A stretch of 64,000 nucleotides of DNA from Cyanidioschyzon merolae (Eukaryota): assembly GCA_000091205.1 (NCBI GenBank), contig AP006499.2; one strand, written 5' to 3'. Shown piece after piece: positions 9,905-21,142 of the stretch; position 1 is the first letter of the stretch, and each line of letters starts with the position of its first letter. A program made the position numbers and the translations under genes. The notes under the pieces are model-generated. The model had not been told where the DNA came from and did no database searches. It saw nothing but the letters and a program-made list of their open reading frames with translations.

Positions 9905-10795
9905 ATGCTACGGTGGTGGTGGTGGTGCAGAAGATTCAAAGCAAACTTGCCAGTTTCTACGCTGCGTGGTGAGCAGCTTTTCGGCTCCGCGCAGCACCGA
10001 AACCTAACCCAGTCGAGTTATGTCGGCGAGAGCGTCTACTTGTGGCAGAACAAGGCTCGCGTTCACGGGCTTGTGTCGCCACGCGAAATAGCTTGCAGTC
10101 CGCGCTTGAGAAGCATATTAAGCGGGGCACTGAGCCGACGTGGTTACTCGACTCCTGCTTCGGAGAGTGTCGACGTTCAGCGGCGTCTAGATGAGCAGCT
10201 CCGCGCCAAGGCTGCTATTGCGCTGGACCCGCAGGGCCTTGCGACAGTTTTGGCCGACTCGACCCGAATCGAAGAAGCTAACGCCACAGTGCAGCCCGAT
10301 TCTACCGCGAACGAAACGCAGGCACAGCAGCGACGACGTCGACGACGTCTGTATCCCGACGGTTCCGTGAACGCTACTGGACGACGGAAGACTGCCGTTG
10401 CAGTCGCGCGTCTCTTCCCGATAGAGTCGCCCGGAGGTCCGCAGTCGACCGCAGTCGATCATGAGACGCTCGTGGAACCCCGCTTTCGCGTCAATCGTCA
10501 GGATATCGCCGATTACTTCCTTCGTGTTGATCATCGTTTGGAGATCATGCGCCCGCTGATGCTCACCGGTATGGAGAACCGTTTCCATGTTCATGCGTTT
10601 GCACGCGGCGGGGGCATCACCGGCCAAGCCGAGGCTCTTCGACTTGCCATTGCGCGAGCTTTGGAGGATTACGACCCTGAGCTACGGCGTATACTCAAGC
10701 CGGCAGGTCTTCTCACGCGAGACCCTCGCATGGTTGAGCGGAAAAAGTACGGTAGGCACAAGGCCAGAAGAGCCTTTCAATGGGTCAAACGATAA
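9905..10795 (+). CDS. MRPS9: Mitochondrial ribosomal protein uS9m (S9/S16 family) with long N-terminal extension
   Basis: ATG at 9905. C-terminal 'GGGITGQAEALRLAIARAL...KPAGLLTRDPRMVERKKYGRHKARRAFQWVKR' is the conserved uS9 C-terminus. The long N-terminal extension is consistent with an organellar presequence. Confidence 0.8.
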   Translation: MLRWWWWCRRFKANLPVSTLRGEQLFGSAQHRNLTQSSYVGESVYLWQNKARVHGLVSPREIACSPRLRSILSGALSRRGYSTPASESVDVQRRLDEQLRAKAAIALDPQGLATVLADSTRIEEANATVQPDSTANETQAQQRRRRRRLYPDGSVNATGRRKTAVAVARLFPIESPGGPQSTAVDHETLVEPRFRVNRQDIADYFLRVDHRLEIMRPLMLTGMENRFHVHAFARGGGITGQAEALRLAIARALEDYDPELRRILKPAGLLTRDPRMVERKKYGRHKARRAFQWVKR

Positions 10796-12524
10796 ACTGG
10801 CTAGGATTGCTTGCGGTTAGCTTGTGCGCCGAACGCTGGTGTCTCAACGCGGAAAATGGCAGGACCCGGGGGCATGTCCACTGATACTCTATGATGTCGA
10901 ATGACTGCGCAGCGTGACCGTCTACATATTGCTCGAATCATATCCGTTTGCTGTATATACATAAAGCTTTCAAAGCTTGCTGGATCCCTGAACCGTACCA
11001 TACAAATGCCTTGCTCCAGGCGAGAGGCGAGGCCCCTGTCTCCTGGCCTCTGATTGTCTTCGCTCGATGGTCGGCGAGAAGAGGATTCTTTTCGTTCTTT
11101 TCAGGAAGCCAGTAGTAACCGCCCTCTAGCATCCCGAAATCCATGTCCACATCACTCCCTTAGATTTTCTATTTCTTCGAATGAATGCGTTTCGAAAACA
11201 TCTATAAATCGCGAAAAAGCAATTTGATGGCACGAACCTGCGGACGGAATACCTTTGACGTGAAAGATTATAAGTGTACGCGTTTCAACGCGAGGCCAAT
11301 GACGTGCTGTTCAACGCGTGACGGGTTTTCCACAGAAGTATGCGTTGTTCTGTGTCCATTCGTATCTCTTTATCGGAGCTCGAATCCACAGTATGAAGGC
11401 TTCACATCCTCTTACTCCTTGCTTACCATTTGCTGGAAAGCATATGGAGTGGAATGCGTTGACAAGAACGTAGTTTTGTAGACAGCGTTTGATGCGTTCT
11501 GTTCTTTCGTGCAATTCTTTTCAGGACGAGCATTACGAGACGGATGGATCATTCACCAGCTGACCGGGGAACGACTGACTTGTGCATGGAACACGCTTTT
11601 CCGTAAGCTGGCAATGACAGCCCAAATTTGTTGTGCGACCTGTCTTCAATCTACAGAATACATTCCCCAAGTTGCATACCGAAGGGAAAAAACAACGTGC
11701 GTATATCGCAACAGGTGCTCCAGAATGCACCCCAACACATCCATCGACCCGCGGATACGCATATGAAGCTTTGAACTGTTACGTTTACGCATCGATACGT
11801 ATATATTCACGCAGACGCATGAACGCATGCTGGCATCAGTAACCAGAAACGAACGCATATCACTGCGCAGCGATCACTGATGTACGTCTTCTGTAACGTG
11901 TTTCATACAGCTTGCATGCTTGCCAGAACAACGAGCGTACTACTCGTGCTTGCTGGAGCACTTTCAGCATCTTACAGTATTGGACCAAATCGAGACTTTT
12001 GGCTGGACTCCAATCGTCGACGACGAGGCGGGGTGACAGATATCCAGCGCGTCAAGAATCGTGTCTGGACGTACTCGGTACCAGTACTCGGTTTTCGTAC
12101 GCGTTCTCGAATGCTGGTATTACGCACAATGCAATGCTTTTTGATGCTCTTTGGATGCTTGTGGTGACGATCGTGATCCGCTGATATGCTCCATTCGTAT
12201 CCTGTCGAGAAAAACGACACCTCCGCATCATCACCCTGATTGATCGCTTTCATGGATCGAAAAGGGACTCGTTCGCGTTCCTGCAGCAAAATCAAGAGGA
12301 ATCCTGCGCGGAAACAACATGCAACCACAAAGAGCTGGCCAGCACTCATAGATCCACTTTCGCATCCTCCACGAGCGCTTTTCGAGGTTGGGTGCTGATT
12401 GCGCCTAGTTCCGGGTAACGGGGTACCTCAAGGCGACCTCAGAGCAGCGGCGCGTTACCTAGAACGCGTGCAAGTCGGAACGAGCCGCATGATGCAAGCT
12501 TGCTGCACGAGCATTCCATGGCAA

Positions 12525-14888
12525 TCATGGGATGTTTTCCGCAAGACTGGCGTCCTGGGACACAGCCGCCTCAGACTGCTGCGCTCGCCACATCTGGGCG
12601 TACACCGTGTTGCCTTCCCGCAAAAGACTCTGATGCTGGCCTCGTTCAATAATGCAGCCATCGTTCATCACGAGGATTTCATCTGCATCGCTAATCGAAG
12701 AGAGACGGTGTGCAATGAAAATAGATGTGCGGTTCGAGGCTACCTGCTGAATAGCATGACGAATGAGCAGTTCGGTGGACGAGTCCAAGGCAGACGACAT
12801 TTCATCGCACACGAGAATGGGCGAGTTCTTCAGAATGGCGCGCGCGATAGCGATACGTTGCTTTTCGCCGCCACTGAGCATAATGCCACGCTCACCGACC
12901 ATGGTTTCGTAGCCGTGTGGGAAATGCTCCACGATTGTGTCGTGGATGTAGGCTGCTTTGGCCGCGGCCTCAATTTCCTCCTTTGTTGCATCGATGCGCC
13001 CGTAACGAATGTTGTATTCGATGGTGTTGTTGAAGAGTACGATATCCTGAGGGATGCAGGATATGGCTCTTCGGAGCGAAGCGAGTTGCACCCGTTTGAT
13101 ATCTTGTCCCCCGATGTAGATCGAGCCTTGATCAGGATCATAGAAGCGGAAGAGGAGTTTGATGATGGTGGATTTTCCACAGCCGCTGGGTCCGATGATC
13201 GCCACTTTCTTCCCGTGCGGCACATCGAATGAGATCTCCCGGAGGATCTGATGGCTAGCGGTGCTACCAGTGCTCGGTGGGTCTGCCCAAGACGGGTACG
13301 CGAAACTCACTCCCCTAAAAGCGATGCTAGCGTCGCGCTCGAGGAAGAGCGGCAGCGCCGACGCGAGCTCGACGACGCGCGGACGCAGCTGCATCACACC
13401 AAACATCATCTCCATATCCGTTAGGCTTTGGCGAACCTCCCGGTATACTGTGCCCAAAAAGTTCAGCGGCATCGACATTTGGAAGAGGAGCCCATTCACC
13501 AACACAATATCACCGACAGTGAGTTGGCCCTGCATGACTTCGCGAGCCGCCATGACCATCATCGCAGCCATAGCTACGGTAAAGATCGCGTTCTGCCCAA
13601 AGTTCAACACCGAGAGGGACACCTGCGTTTTCACATTCTCGCGTCCGTATTTTTCAAGAAAAGCTGCATATTGATCTGCTTCCACGGACTCGTTATTAAA
13701 ATACTTGACTGTTTCGTAGTTCATGAGGCTATCAGTGGCCTTATTGCTCGCCGCGTTCTCAGCAATATTCATGCTCTTGCGGAACTGCGTTCGCCACTGC
13801 GTCACCACCAGCGTGAAGATCGTATAGGCCGTGAGCGCTCCACCGGCAATAATGGCATAGCGCTCGCCGCAGCTATAGGCGAGCATACCGCAGACCAGAC
13901 CAACCTCGAGAATCGTCGGCAGGATATTGAAGACAATCGCCCGCATGAGAAAGTCGATACCACGCATGCCCCGGTCAATGGTACGCGCAAGCGCACCAGT
14001 TTTTCGTGACGAGTGATAGCTCAGATCGAGGTCCAGAATTCGGCGAAAAGTCGTCAGCGCCAAATCAGAGATCGCTCGCTGACTCACTGTTGCAAAAATG
14101 GCATTGCGGAGCTCATTTGTCAGTGATGCTGCACCACGAGCTAGTCCATAGGCGAGAAGTATCAGGACGGGCCAGGTGCTCGCGTACGCTGCGGCGGGAT
14201 CAACCGCTTTCGATAGCATATCGACTGCGATCTTGAATGTCACAGGAACCTGCACGAGAAGGATTTTGGAGACGAATAGTAGCGAAACGGCTATCGCTAC
14301 GCGTCGACGCAGAACTGGATTGTCGCGAGGCCACGCGTACCTGCTGAGTATGCGCCCAACGCCGCGAAAAGAGGCAGGTTTGACGCCCTCGAGTCCAGCC
14401 ATATCGGCGTTGCTGTGGAGAAGCTTCGACGACGTTGATGTCGATTCCGACTCGGAAATGAGGCCGAGGCTGCGAAGCCCGCGCATTACCTTCTCCGACG
14501 AGCGCTGTCGGAGTAGCAGCCAGCGCTCGGCAAGTGTCTTGGATGCTGGAGCTGGCGCGTCGGCAGGGCGTCGGAGCTTCTCTTCCGGTGCGTGTGCTCT
14601 TGGTGAACCCGCGTGGACCCGGCAACCGCGCTGAAAAGGCGATCTGCGAAATGCTTCCGAGTTCCAGAGGAGTGAGCGTTGCACCCGGTTTCTGTCATTC
14701 GCTGCTCTTTTGGTATAGTGGGCGCTGTGCATGCTATACAGCGACACTTCCTGAGCACGCACCTCATGAGTCCAACCGTTTCCTTGCTGCAAGCACCACC
14801 ATTGGATCGAGGCGCTTAGCTTGCAAGCACGCTTCCGCGATGCCACTCGCGGAAACACGCACGTACTTATCCTGAAAAGTATGTGCAT
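12525..14888 (-). CDS. ATM1: ABC half-transporter, Atm1/ABCB7-like (N-terminal TMD + C-terminal NBD), probable mitochondrial
   Basis: Walker A 'GPSGCGKSTI', signature 'LSGGEKQRIAIARAIL', Walker B 'ILVCDEMSSALD'. The TMD sits before the NBD. The listed ORF starts at a GTG (14975); the first in-frame ATG is at 14888 ('MHILF...'). A long R/S-rich presequence is present. Confidence 0.85.
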   Translation of the reverse strand: MHILFRISTCVFPRVASRKRACKLSASIQWWCLQQGNGWTHEVRAQEVSLYSMHSAHYTKRAANDRNRVQRSLLWNSEAFRRSPFQRGCRVHAGSPRAHAPEEKLRRPADAPAPASKTLAERWLLLRQRSSEKVMRGLRSLGLISESESTSTSSKLLHSNADMAGLEGVKPASFRGVGRILSRYAWPRDNPVLRRRVAIAVSLLFVSKILLVQVPVTFKIAVDMLSKAVDPAAAYASTWPVLILLAYGLARGAASLTNELRNAIFATVSQRAISDLALTTFRRILDLDLSYHSSRKTGALARTIDRGMRGIDFLMRAIVFNILPTILEVGLVCGMLAYSCGERYAIIAGGALTAYTIFTLVVTQWRTQFRKSMNIAENAASNKATDSLMNYETVKYFNNESVEADQYAAFLEKYGRENVKTQVSLSVLNFGQNAIFTVAMAAMMVMAAREVMQGQLTVGDIVLVNGLLFQMSMPLNFLGTVYREVRQSLTDMEMMFGVMQLRPRVVELASALPLFLERDASIAFRGVSFAYPSWADPPSTGSTASHQILREISFDVPHGKKVAIIGPSGCGKSTIIKLLFRFYDPDQGSIYIGGQDIKRVQLASLRRAISCIPQDIVLFNNTIEYNIRYGRIDATKEEIEAAAKAAYIHDTIVEHFPHGYETMVGERGIMLSGGEKQRIAIARAILKNSPILVCDEMSSALDSSTELLIRHAIQQVASNRTSIFIAHRLSSISDADEILVMNDGCIIERGQHQSLLREGNTVYAQMWRAQQSEAAVSQDASLAENIP

Positions 14889-15311
14889 ATTTGTAGCGAG
14901 AGCAGGGCACGCATGGAGAGCAGCAACCGGGCTGCCGCAACACGGGACGTGCCTGCTCCCTGCCTGCAGTAGCACCCGCGTGCAGCACTCGTTTCGTTGA
15001 GCCTTCGGAAACCGCCCCTTCCAGAGAAAAACAAAAGTCCCACAAGCCCGAACACCAGACGGAACTTGCCCAAATACGCAAGCAGTCCAGTTGGCTTCTT
15101 GGGAACACCAGGGCTATAAGCACCGCGTTCAGCGTACGCAACAGGCGCCCTGTCCTGAGTGTAGCTCTGTGGACGCGTCGCCGAGGATGAGCGGCTCTTG
15201 TTGCGTCGCTCCCTGTATTACTCTCGCTTGTGTTGCTGGTGGTGCGGTTTCCCTTTGGACCCGTCGTCGACATTGCAGCAACTGTGCTTTCTAGCTGCAA
15301 GCTGCCGCTCC

Positions 15312-16367
15312 ATGCCCAAACGGAGTGGTGGTTATAGAAAGAAAAGGCGCACGCAGCCGCCACAGTCGACGGAGCCTTCGGAGTCAGAGGCGAAACCTCC
15401 GCAGTCGTTTGTTTTCCGTCGAGGGCCTGCGAGTCCAGAGGTGCGAGCCCTCTTGCTTGATCTTCGACGAGTCTTGTTACCGAATACAGCGCCTCGGCTC
15501 CGAGAGGGTGATCGATCCGATCTCAAGGATCTGCTGGACGTTGCTGGACCGCTTGGGGTCACCCATTTCGTCATGTTCCGCGAGAGTCGCCTCGGTTTCG
15601 TGAATGTACGTTTCGCACGAACGCCCCGCGGACCCACCGTCACTTTTCGTCTCGAACGCTTCTCGCTGAGTTCGGACGTGCACCGAGCGCAGCGCAGACC
15701 GCTTACGTTGAAGCACACGGACTTTGAACAGGCACCTTTGTTGATACTGAGCAACTTGGACACCGACACGCCAAATACGCAGCTGCTCGTCACGATGTTC
15801 CGCAACCTCTTGCCGCCTTTGGACGTCAAGAACATTCGCTTGGAACAGGATGTGAAACGAGTCCTCTTACTTGACTGGAATGCGACGACGGAGGAGCTCG
15901 AATGGCGACATTATGGTATTCGGATACGACCGCAGGGGGTGTCGAGGACTATTCGACGCGTCATTGAACGGCGGGGGAGACGTGCGGGAGCGCTCGGCGC
16001 TGGACACCTGCACGATGTTAGTGAGCTGGCGGATCCATCACTTGCAGCGACGCTGCTTACCTCGGAAAGCGAGGCAGAGGGACCGTCTGAGTTCCAGTTT
16101 GAGCGATGGATGCCGCCCCCGAATCCAGAACCTAGCGCGATAAGCGCTGGTGTTGGTACTGCGGTATCCGGTGCCCGGAAGCGTACCACGGGTTCAGGGA
16201 GGTCGCGGATGTCAGCAGCGAGCTACGCGCCCCGAGCTGCAGTGCGTCTCATCGAGGTAGGTCCGCGGATGACCATGCGCTTGTTGAAAATTGAAGAGGG
16301 GCTCTCCAGCGGGACAGTCCTCTACCGCGCAGCCTCCTTTAGCGCACGCGATGGTGCGCAACTCTGA
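15312..16367 (+). CDS. PPAN: Brix-domain ribosome biogenesis protein (Ssf1/Peter Pan family)
   Basis: The canonical start 'MPKRSGGYRKKRRTQ' at 15312 is typical of Ssf/Ppan N-termini. The Brix-domain body is 'VTHFVMFRESRLGFVNVRFARTPRGPTVTFRLERFSL...LLILSNLDTD...VKRVLLLDWN'. Confidence 0.8.
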   Translation: MPKRSGGYRKKRRTQPPQSTEPSESEAKPPQSFVFRRGPASPEVRALLLDLRRVLLPNTAPRLREGDRSDLKDLLDVAGPLGVTHFVMFRESRLGFVNVRFARTPRGPTVTFRLERFSLSSDVHRAQRRPLTLKHTDFEQAPLLILSNLDTDTPNTQLLVTMFRNLLPPLDVKNIRLEQDVKRVLLLDWNATTEELEWRHYGIRIRPQGVSRTIRRVIERRGRRAGALGAGHLHDVSELADPSLAATLLTSESEAEGPSEFQFERWMPPPNPEPSAISAGVGTAVSGARKRTTGSGRSRMSAASYAPRAAVRLIEVGPRMTMRLLKIEEGLSSGTVLYRAASFSARDGAQL

Positions 16368-16585
16368 ACCCGTGGAGAGGTTTTTGTGCAGCGGAGCACG
16401 GACCGCTGCATATCCTTGCGGTCGTGCTCATTCGTGCCTTGTGACCGGTTCCAGCTGCACCCATTGATCAAGGGAGCGTAGCAGCAGCGCCTCCAGATGG
16501 TTAGCGCCGATGGAGTCGAGTGGGACGTGCTCTATGGCAGTGCGGTTGCCGGAGAGAGAAGCGAAGCTTGTGGTATTTTTTTACG

Positions 16586-16820
16586 GAACAACGTGCTCGA
16601 CCCGCACTGTTTCTAACCTGCCGTGTGTGCAGATGATGCGCTTCCGGGGACACAGCAAACGTCGAAGAACACGATCCGCACTGTTTCTAACCTGCCGTGT
16701 GTGCAGATGATGCGCTTCCGGGGACACAGCAAACGTCGAAGAACACGATCCACACTGTTTCTAACCTGCCGTGTGTGCAGATGATGCGCTTCCGGGGACA
16801 CAGCAAACGTCGAAGAACGT
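16586..16820. repeat. 74-bp minisatellite, ~3 copies
   Basis: The unit 'cactgtttctaacctgccgtgtgtgcagatgatgcgcttccggggacacagcaaacgtcgaagaacacgatccg' starts at 16605, 16679 and 16753. It is intergenic, downstream of the Brix gene. Confidence 0.9.
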
Positions 16821-17883
16821 GTAGTGCGAACGGGAATTCTGAATCCGAGCCCACCAGCATAATGTACTGGAGTTCCGTTCGGAGAGCGGAGCGCGGTTGC
16901 AAAGCACACCCCAAAGCTCTTTCGGGATCCTCGTGGATGGTCGTTCACGTTCGAGCCGACCGCTTGTGGATGAATTTTTGGTAACGATACGAGCGTCGCG
17001 TAACTTGACGCAGCATGGATACGTCATGCTCGCAACGCCAGCACTAGGAAAGCGCTGGTCTGCCGCACCCCGAGCAGACTCTCCACGAACAGAACAGACG
17101 CATTCACGAGCGCCGAGCGCATATCCTGCACACTTAGCGTGCGGAGCCGCTTCGCTTGCCAGGAACGGCTGCGAGCCCTCGGCAGGCGCCAGTATCCCGT
17201 GCACGAGTCGCTTAAATCTGCATACCCGCACTGTGCTGCTGCTGTGGCAGTCACTTGCTGCAACTTGATTATGATCTGCATCATTGTTCTCGTGGAGCAG
17301 TGTCCACGGTGAGCGCTTTAGTCTGGTTATGCGTCCAGAACAAGCGCTTCCAATTGTAGCAGGGGAGAGCATCTGCATTGCGGCATACAGAACGCTGTCG
17401 TAGCTGCGCGCTCGTATCCGGCGACAGCGGTCTCCTTTAACTGGGGCGAAGAAACCGTGACGCAAGCGATCGATTACGAACGAATGCATGAATGAATGGA
17501 TGGATGTTGCGCGCTTTAGAGCGTGACCCAGGGATACCGCTCGTCTTGGTCGGAACGCGTCATCAGAATACGCTCACTTGAATGCGATATGTGGAACGAA
17601 CCCAGCGAAAGCGGTACGCGCTTTTCTACTCGGTTTGCCGCTCTGTCGCATGTTTCCAACGATGGAAAGCGGACTCCTGGTAGTCTGCGCGTGACGCAGT
17701 CCAGTGATTGTACGGTCGTACAATGAGCAATGAGAAGTTTGGTTTTCGTTGACAGCGCTTCGATGGGCTACGGGTGCTGTTTTCATCCGGCGCAGATGCT
17801 CAGCGCCAGAGCGTTCTCGACCTGTACGCAAAATCGGGATGCTTCATACCCGAGCTCTAGTGTTTGCGTACTCAGGAGGCCGG

Positions 17884-19557
17884 TTAAAGAACTCTCCAGA
17901 TTGCTGTCTTGTCTGGCTCCATTTCGAACTCCACATCCAAAACAGATGTGGCCAGCGTGTGGCCCTTTCGTTTGCCGCTCACACAGAACAGCGTCGTGGT
18001 TTCCGTGCCTCGCCAGATATCCGCTCTCTCCGCATCCTGAACGAGGCGGAACAGCTCCATGTGCCGCATCTGCTCCTTGCTTTCCTGATCCTGAACATCG
18101 ATGTACCCAAAGAGGCGAATTTCTTTGTCTGTGCCAAAGCCGCTGATAGGAATAGGCACTGCCCCCGGGTTGATGTAATGAACGAGAGCCCCGGTGCGAA
18201 TCAGATTCACACCAGCGTGCGGTTTCTGCTCGGTCCATTTATCGGCAACGACGCCTGGGCGTAGCGGAGCTGTGTTCGACGACGACGATGTCGTCACAAC
18301 TGATCGCGACGGAGAAGCCTCTTTCGACTGCAGGCGGAAACGCGTCTTGCGGACCGTATACGCCTCCCAGGCAAGGCCCGGCACAAAACCAAGTGAGGCC
18401 GTTGACGAGTTCTCTTGACCAACAGCCGGAGACTTGTTTGCGTCATGCGCTTCCTTTTCTAGACGGTGCTGCTCTTCAACAATTTTGAGAGACAGCAAGT
18501 ACAGGGCACCGTAGTCAATCATAGAGGGATCTTTCAGCGCAGCAGAATGGAGAACCTCCAATTCGTGACGACCAACACCCCCGCCCAGGCGAACGACTTC
18601 GTCACAGCGGCCTGTGAGCGCAGCGGACGCTAGCAGCACCAAACGATCGTTGACATCCATGGATTTCCCATCTTTCTCGGCTTGTCGAACCGCATCGTTA
18701 TACGCAGTGCGCATTTTCTCGGGATCATGCATTCGACAGGCAATGTCGAGTTTTAGTGCCGCAGAGCGAGCCACCGATTCGCGTATAAGTTGTCGAGTCT
18801 CGGCATCGGAGACAGTTGCTGCCTCCGCAGCAAGTTCATCGAATCCTCCCATTTCGAGTAGGCTCCACGCCGACTCTAGGTACGTTTTCTTCAGCTCTTC
18901 CCGGACCTGCAGCGCTTGTTCCAAGCTGATCTTGCCGCTGGACGGGTTGTACTGCGCTGCGGTTCTGGTGCAGAAAACCGTGTGGCACCACTGCGCGATG
19001 ACAAAACGACAGGGCGCACTGAGCACTTCGTAGGACTCTATGGACTGCAGCTTCTTCAGGAGCTTGCGCTCCCGAGCAGTGTCGGCGTTGCCCGTTTCCT
19101 GAATGTTCCGGAGGGAGGCGTCCAACTGCCCAGCGAGCTCCGACTCGTCTATAATCGGGAGCGATGGAACGCCTCCTGTCGCAGTGTCCGTTTCAGAAGG
19201 TTTCGCCAGCGTCGTGCTTGACGAAGCAGGCGGAGGTGCTTCTGCGGTTTGTGCTGCAGCGCCGCTTGCGGACGCTGACGGCTCTCCGGTTACGGCAGCT
19301 GATTCGGAGATGATTCGATGATTCCCAGACGACCCGCTTTCGGTTTCACTCGACGTAACGTTAGCCGCTGTGGGTGCCTCTACGGGTTGCTCAGCGGCCC
19401 TGCCTTGGTACGTCTTTTCCGACTCCGAAGGATGCGCGGAAGCCGTGCTCGACAGCGATCGAAGCTGTGTGCGGGTGCTCTTGTAAAGGTAGTAACCGCC
19501 GATCGCTAACCCCGTGACAGTTGCTGCCGTCACCACATAGGTGAAAGTGCGACCCAT
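17884..19557 (-). CDS. Hypothetical N-terminally membrane-anchored protein (single TM near N-terminus, A/S/T-rich linker, conserved C-terminal globular domain)
   Basis: ATG at 19557 ('MGRTFTYVVTAATVTGLAIGGYYLY' predicted TM). A long uninterrupted ORF runs across a GC-rich region. I could not assign a family. The C-terminal block 'GVNLIRTGALVHYINPGAVPIPISGFGTDKEIRLFGYIDV' looks globular. Confidence 0.5.
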   Translation of the reverse strand: MGRTFTYVVTAATVTGLAIGGYYLYKSTRTQLRSLSSTASAHPSESEKTYQGRAAEQPVEAPTAANVTSSETESGSSGNHRIISESAAVTGEPSASASGAAAQTAEAPPPASSSTTLAKPSETDTATGGVPSLPIIDESELAGQLDASLRNIQETGNADTARERKLLKKLQSIESYEVLSAPCRFVIAQWCHTVFCTRTAAQYNPSSGKISLEQALQVREELKKTYLESAWSLLEMGGFDELAAEAATVSDAETRQLIRESVARSAALKLDIACRMHDPEKMRTAYNDAVRQAEKDGKSMDVNDRLVLLASAALTGRCDEVVRLGGGVGRHELEVLHSAALKDPSMIDYGALYLLSLKIVEEQHRLEKEAHDANKSPAVGQENSSTASLGFVPGLAWEAYTVRKTRFRLQSKEASPSRSVVTTSSSSNTAPLRPGVVADKWTEQKPHAGVNLIRTGALVHYINPGAVPIPISGFGTDKEIRLFGYIDVQDQESKEQMRHMELFRLVQDAERADIWRGTETTTLFCVSGKRKGHTLATSVLDVEFEMEPDKTAIWRVL

Positions 19558-20671
19558 AGTGTCTACCGGTCGAGACACGCCACACACTGCGTTTGGGCGG
19601 GTCAAGGGTGGAGGCAGCGTTCCGGCTCCGCGACGCGCGCTGCTCCGCCCGAACCCCTGGAAAGTCCTTATGATCTATTAAGTTACGTAAAAGTATATTT
19701 TAAGATAGTTTTGTACCTTAGACGCATGTCCTTGCGCAGGCTCAGTGTCGCATCGCGTGTGCGGGGATTTTCGCGATCGCGGCGCGGCCGCTGAAGGCGC
19801 GAAGCCTTGTCGACGACTGTGCGGTAACCCTGGGCCGCATCATGCTCCAGTCAGCGTCTCGGTGTCCACTGTTTTATGCGTTTTCGGGGCGCCCAGGTAC
19901 CACGTGAGCACTGGGCTCTGTGTTGGATTTCACAGAGTGCCCGCTTAGGTTCTCGGCTGAGTCGCCGATGACCGGGTTTCTGCCGTATCAGCATGCGATC
20001 ATCGGGAGCTCGCTTCCCATGTCCATGTATGTGCAAGCAGCGTCGGATAACGTCTACAGGTTTTATGCATATCGGTAGCAAGGTGTGAAAAGCTGAACGG
20101 CGGGAACGAATCTATGACAGGAAAGGCCGCTTCCTATCCGTTCCCTCTTTCGAAGTGAATCCTACACGCTGGTGGGAATACCATGAGGAGGCGGGTGAAC
20201 GCTTCGGCTGCGAGCTTACCCCACCATATCAGTACCACTCGAGTCGCAGAGGTGTCCATTCGAATCACAGCATACGTCTGTTACGGATACGGTTGCGTCA
20301 AGTCGATTCCCGTGGCAGCGAATTTCTCGATGCACCAGCCAATGACCCCTATCTGGCGTTCTACGAAAAACCTTTCTCGAATAACAAGCGCATTTCTCAC
20401 GCACTATAAGCCGGCTCGATCGAGCTGTGCAGAGAGGAAATGTAGCGCTCGCATCCGTGCCATTACCGTAGCAGCCGCTTGGCAGACCAATGGCTCTATC
20501 TGCACGTTGCGCGTTTGTATGAACAGCGTCACCCCGTATCGAAGAAGAGCTCAAAGCTGAAGCATGCAAAGGCGAATGGACCCAGAGCACCCACGAAAGC
20601 GCATCAAACACGTTCACATACCACTCGCAAACAACAAGTGTGCGCAAGCAGGCGCGCCGCCTTTGGTGCCT

Positions 20672-21142
20672 TTACTCTGCGGCAGGCGGCGAGGGTACGT
20701 CTGTTCGCGCCATTTGCTCAGCGCGCGACTTGAGTCCATGGTTGAACGCTTCAAAGTCCCGCAGCAGCCGCTTTCGAAACCGACCGCTGGGAAAGACATC
20801 GGCAGTAATACCTGAGAAACTCGCGGTGTGCGTAAAGAGGCATCCGTTCGTGGTAGGCTCGATCCGGAAAGAATGCCTACCCCTAAAGACCCATCCAAAG
20901 ACTAGTTTTCGCTCCCAGGTGAGCTCGTTGCCTGTACGTAGCTGGGTCAGCTTTGAGCGAAAACGCCGCCCTCGCCAACCGCTATCGAGCTCCACAGTGA
21001 GCGTCGCACCCAACGCTAGTTCGCCTCGTATGTTCGAAAACAGGGCGTTCCACTCTGGATACCGCTCGAAGTCACACAGAATATCCCAGATAACGGAAGC
21101 CGGGGCCAAGATCTCGATAGAAGTATTGACTTGGACGGGCAT
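20672..21142 (-). CDS. SRPBCC (START/Bet v1/polyketide-cyclase-like) ligand-binding domain protein
   Basis: ATG at 21142 ('MPVQVNTSIEILAPASVIWDILCDFERYPEWNALF...'), 156 aa. The pattern 'I.A....VW..L.D.E.Y..W' is typical of polyketide_cyc2/SRPBCC. The longer upstream ORF part is (CA)n-containing low complexity and probably non-coding. Confidence 0.6.
   Translation of the reverse strand: MPVQVNTSIEILAPASVIWDILCDFERYPEWNALFSNIRGELALGATLTVELDSGWRGRRFRSKLTQLRTGNELTWERKLVFGWVFRGRHSFRIEPTTNGCLFTHTASFSGITADVFPSGRFRKRLLRDFEAFNHGLKSRAEQMARTDVPSPPAAE

Noticed and set aside
12399-13232. 277-aa + strand ORF
   Set aside because: It lies entirely antisense within the well-supported Atm1-like ABC transporter gene. 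The open frame is a GC-rich artefact with no motifs.
19715-19740. U6 snRNA-like 'CCTGCGCAAGGA' on the minus strand
   Set aside because: Only 12 nt match. The flanking sequence lacks the ACAGAGA box, the 5' stem-loop and the terminal U-run.
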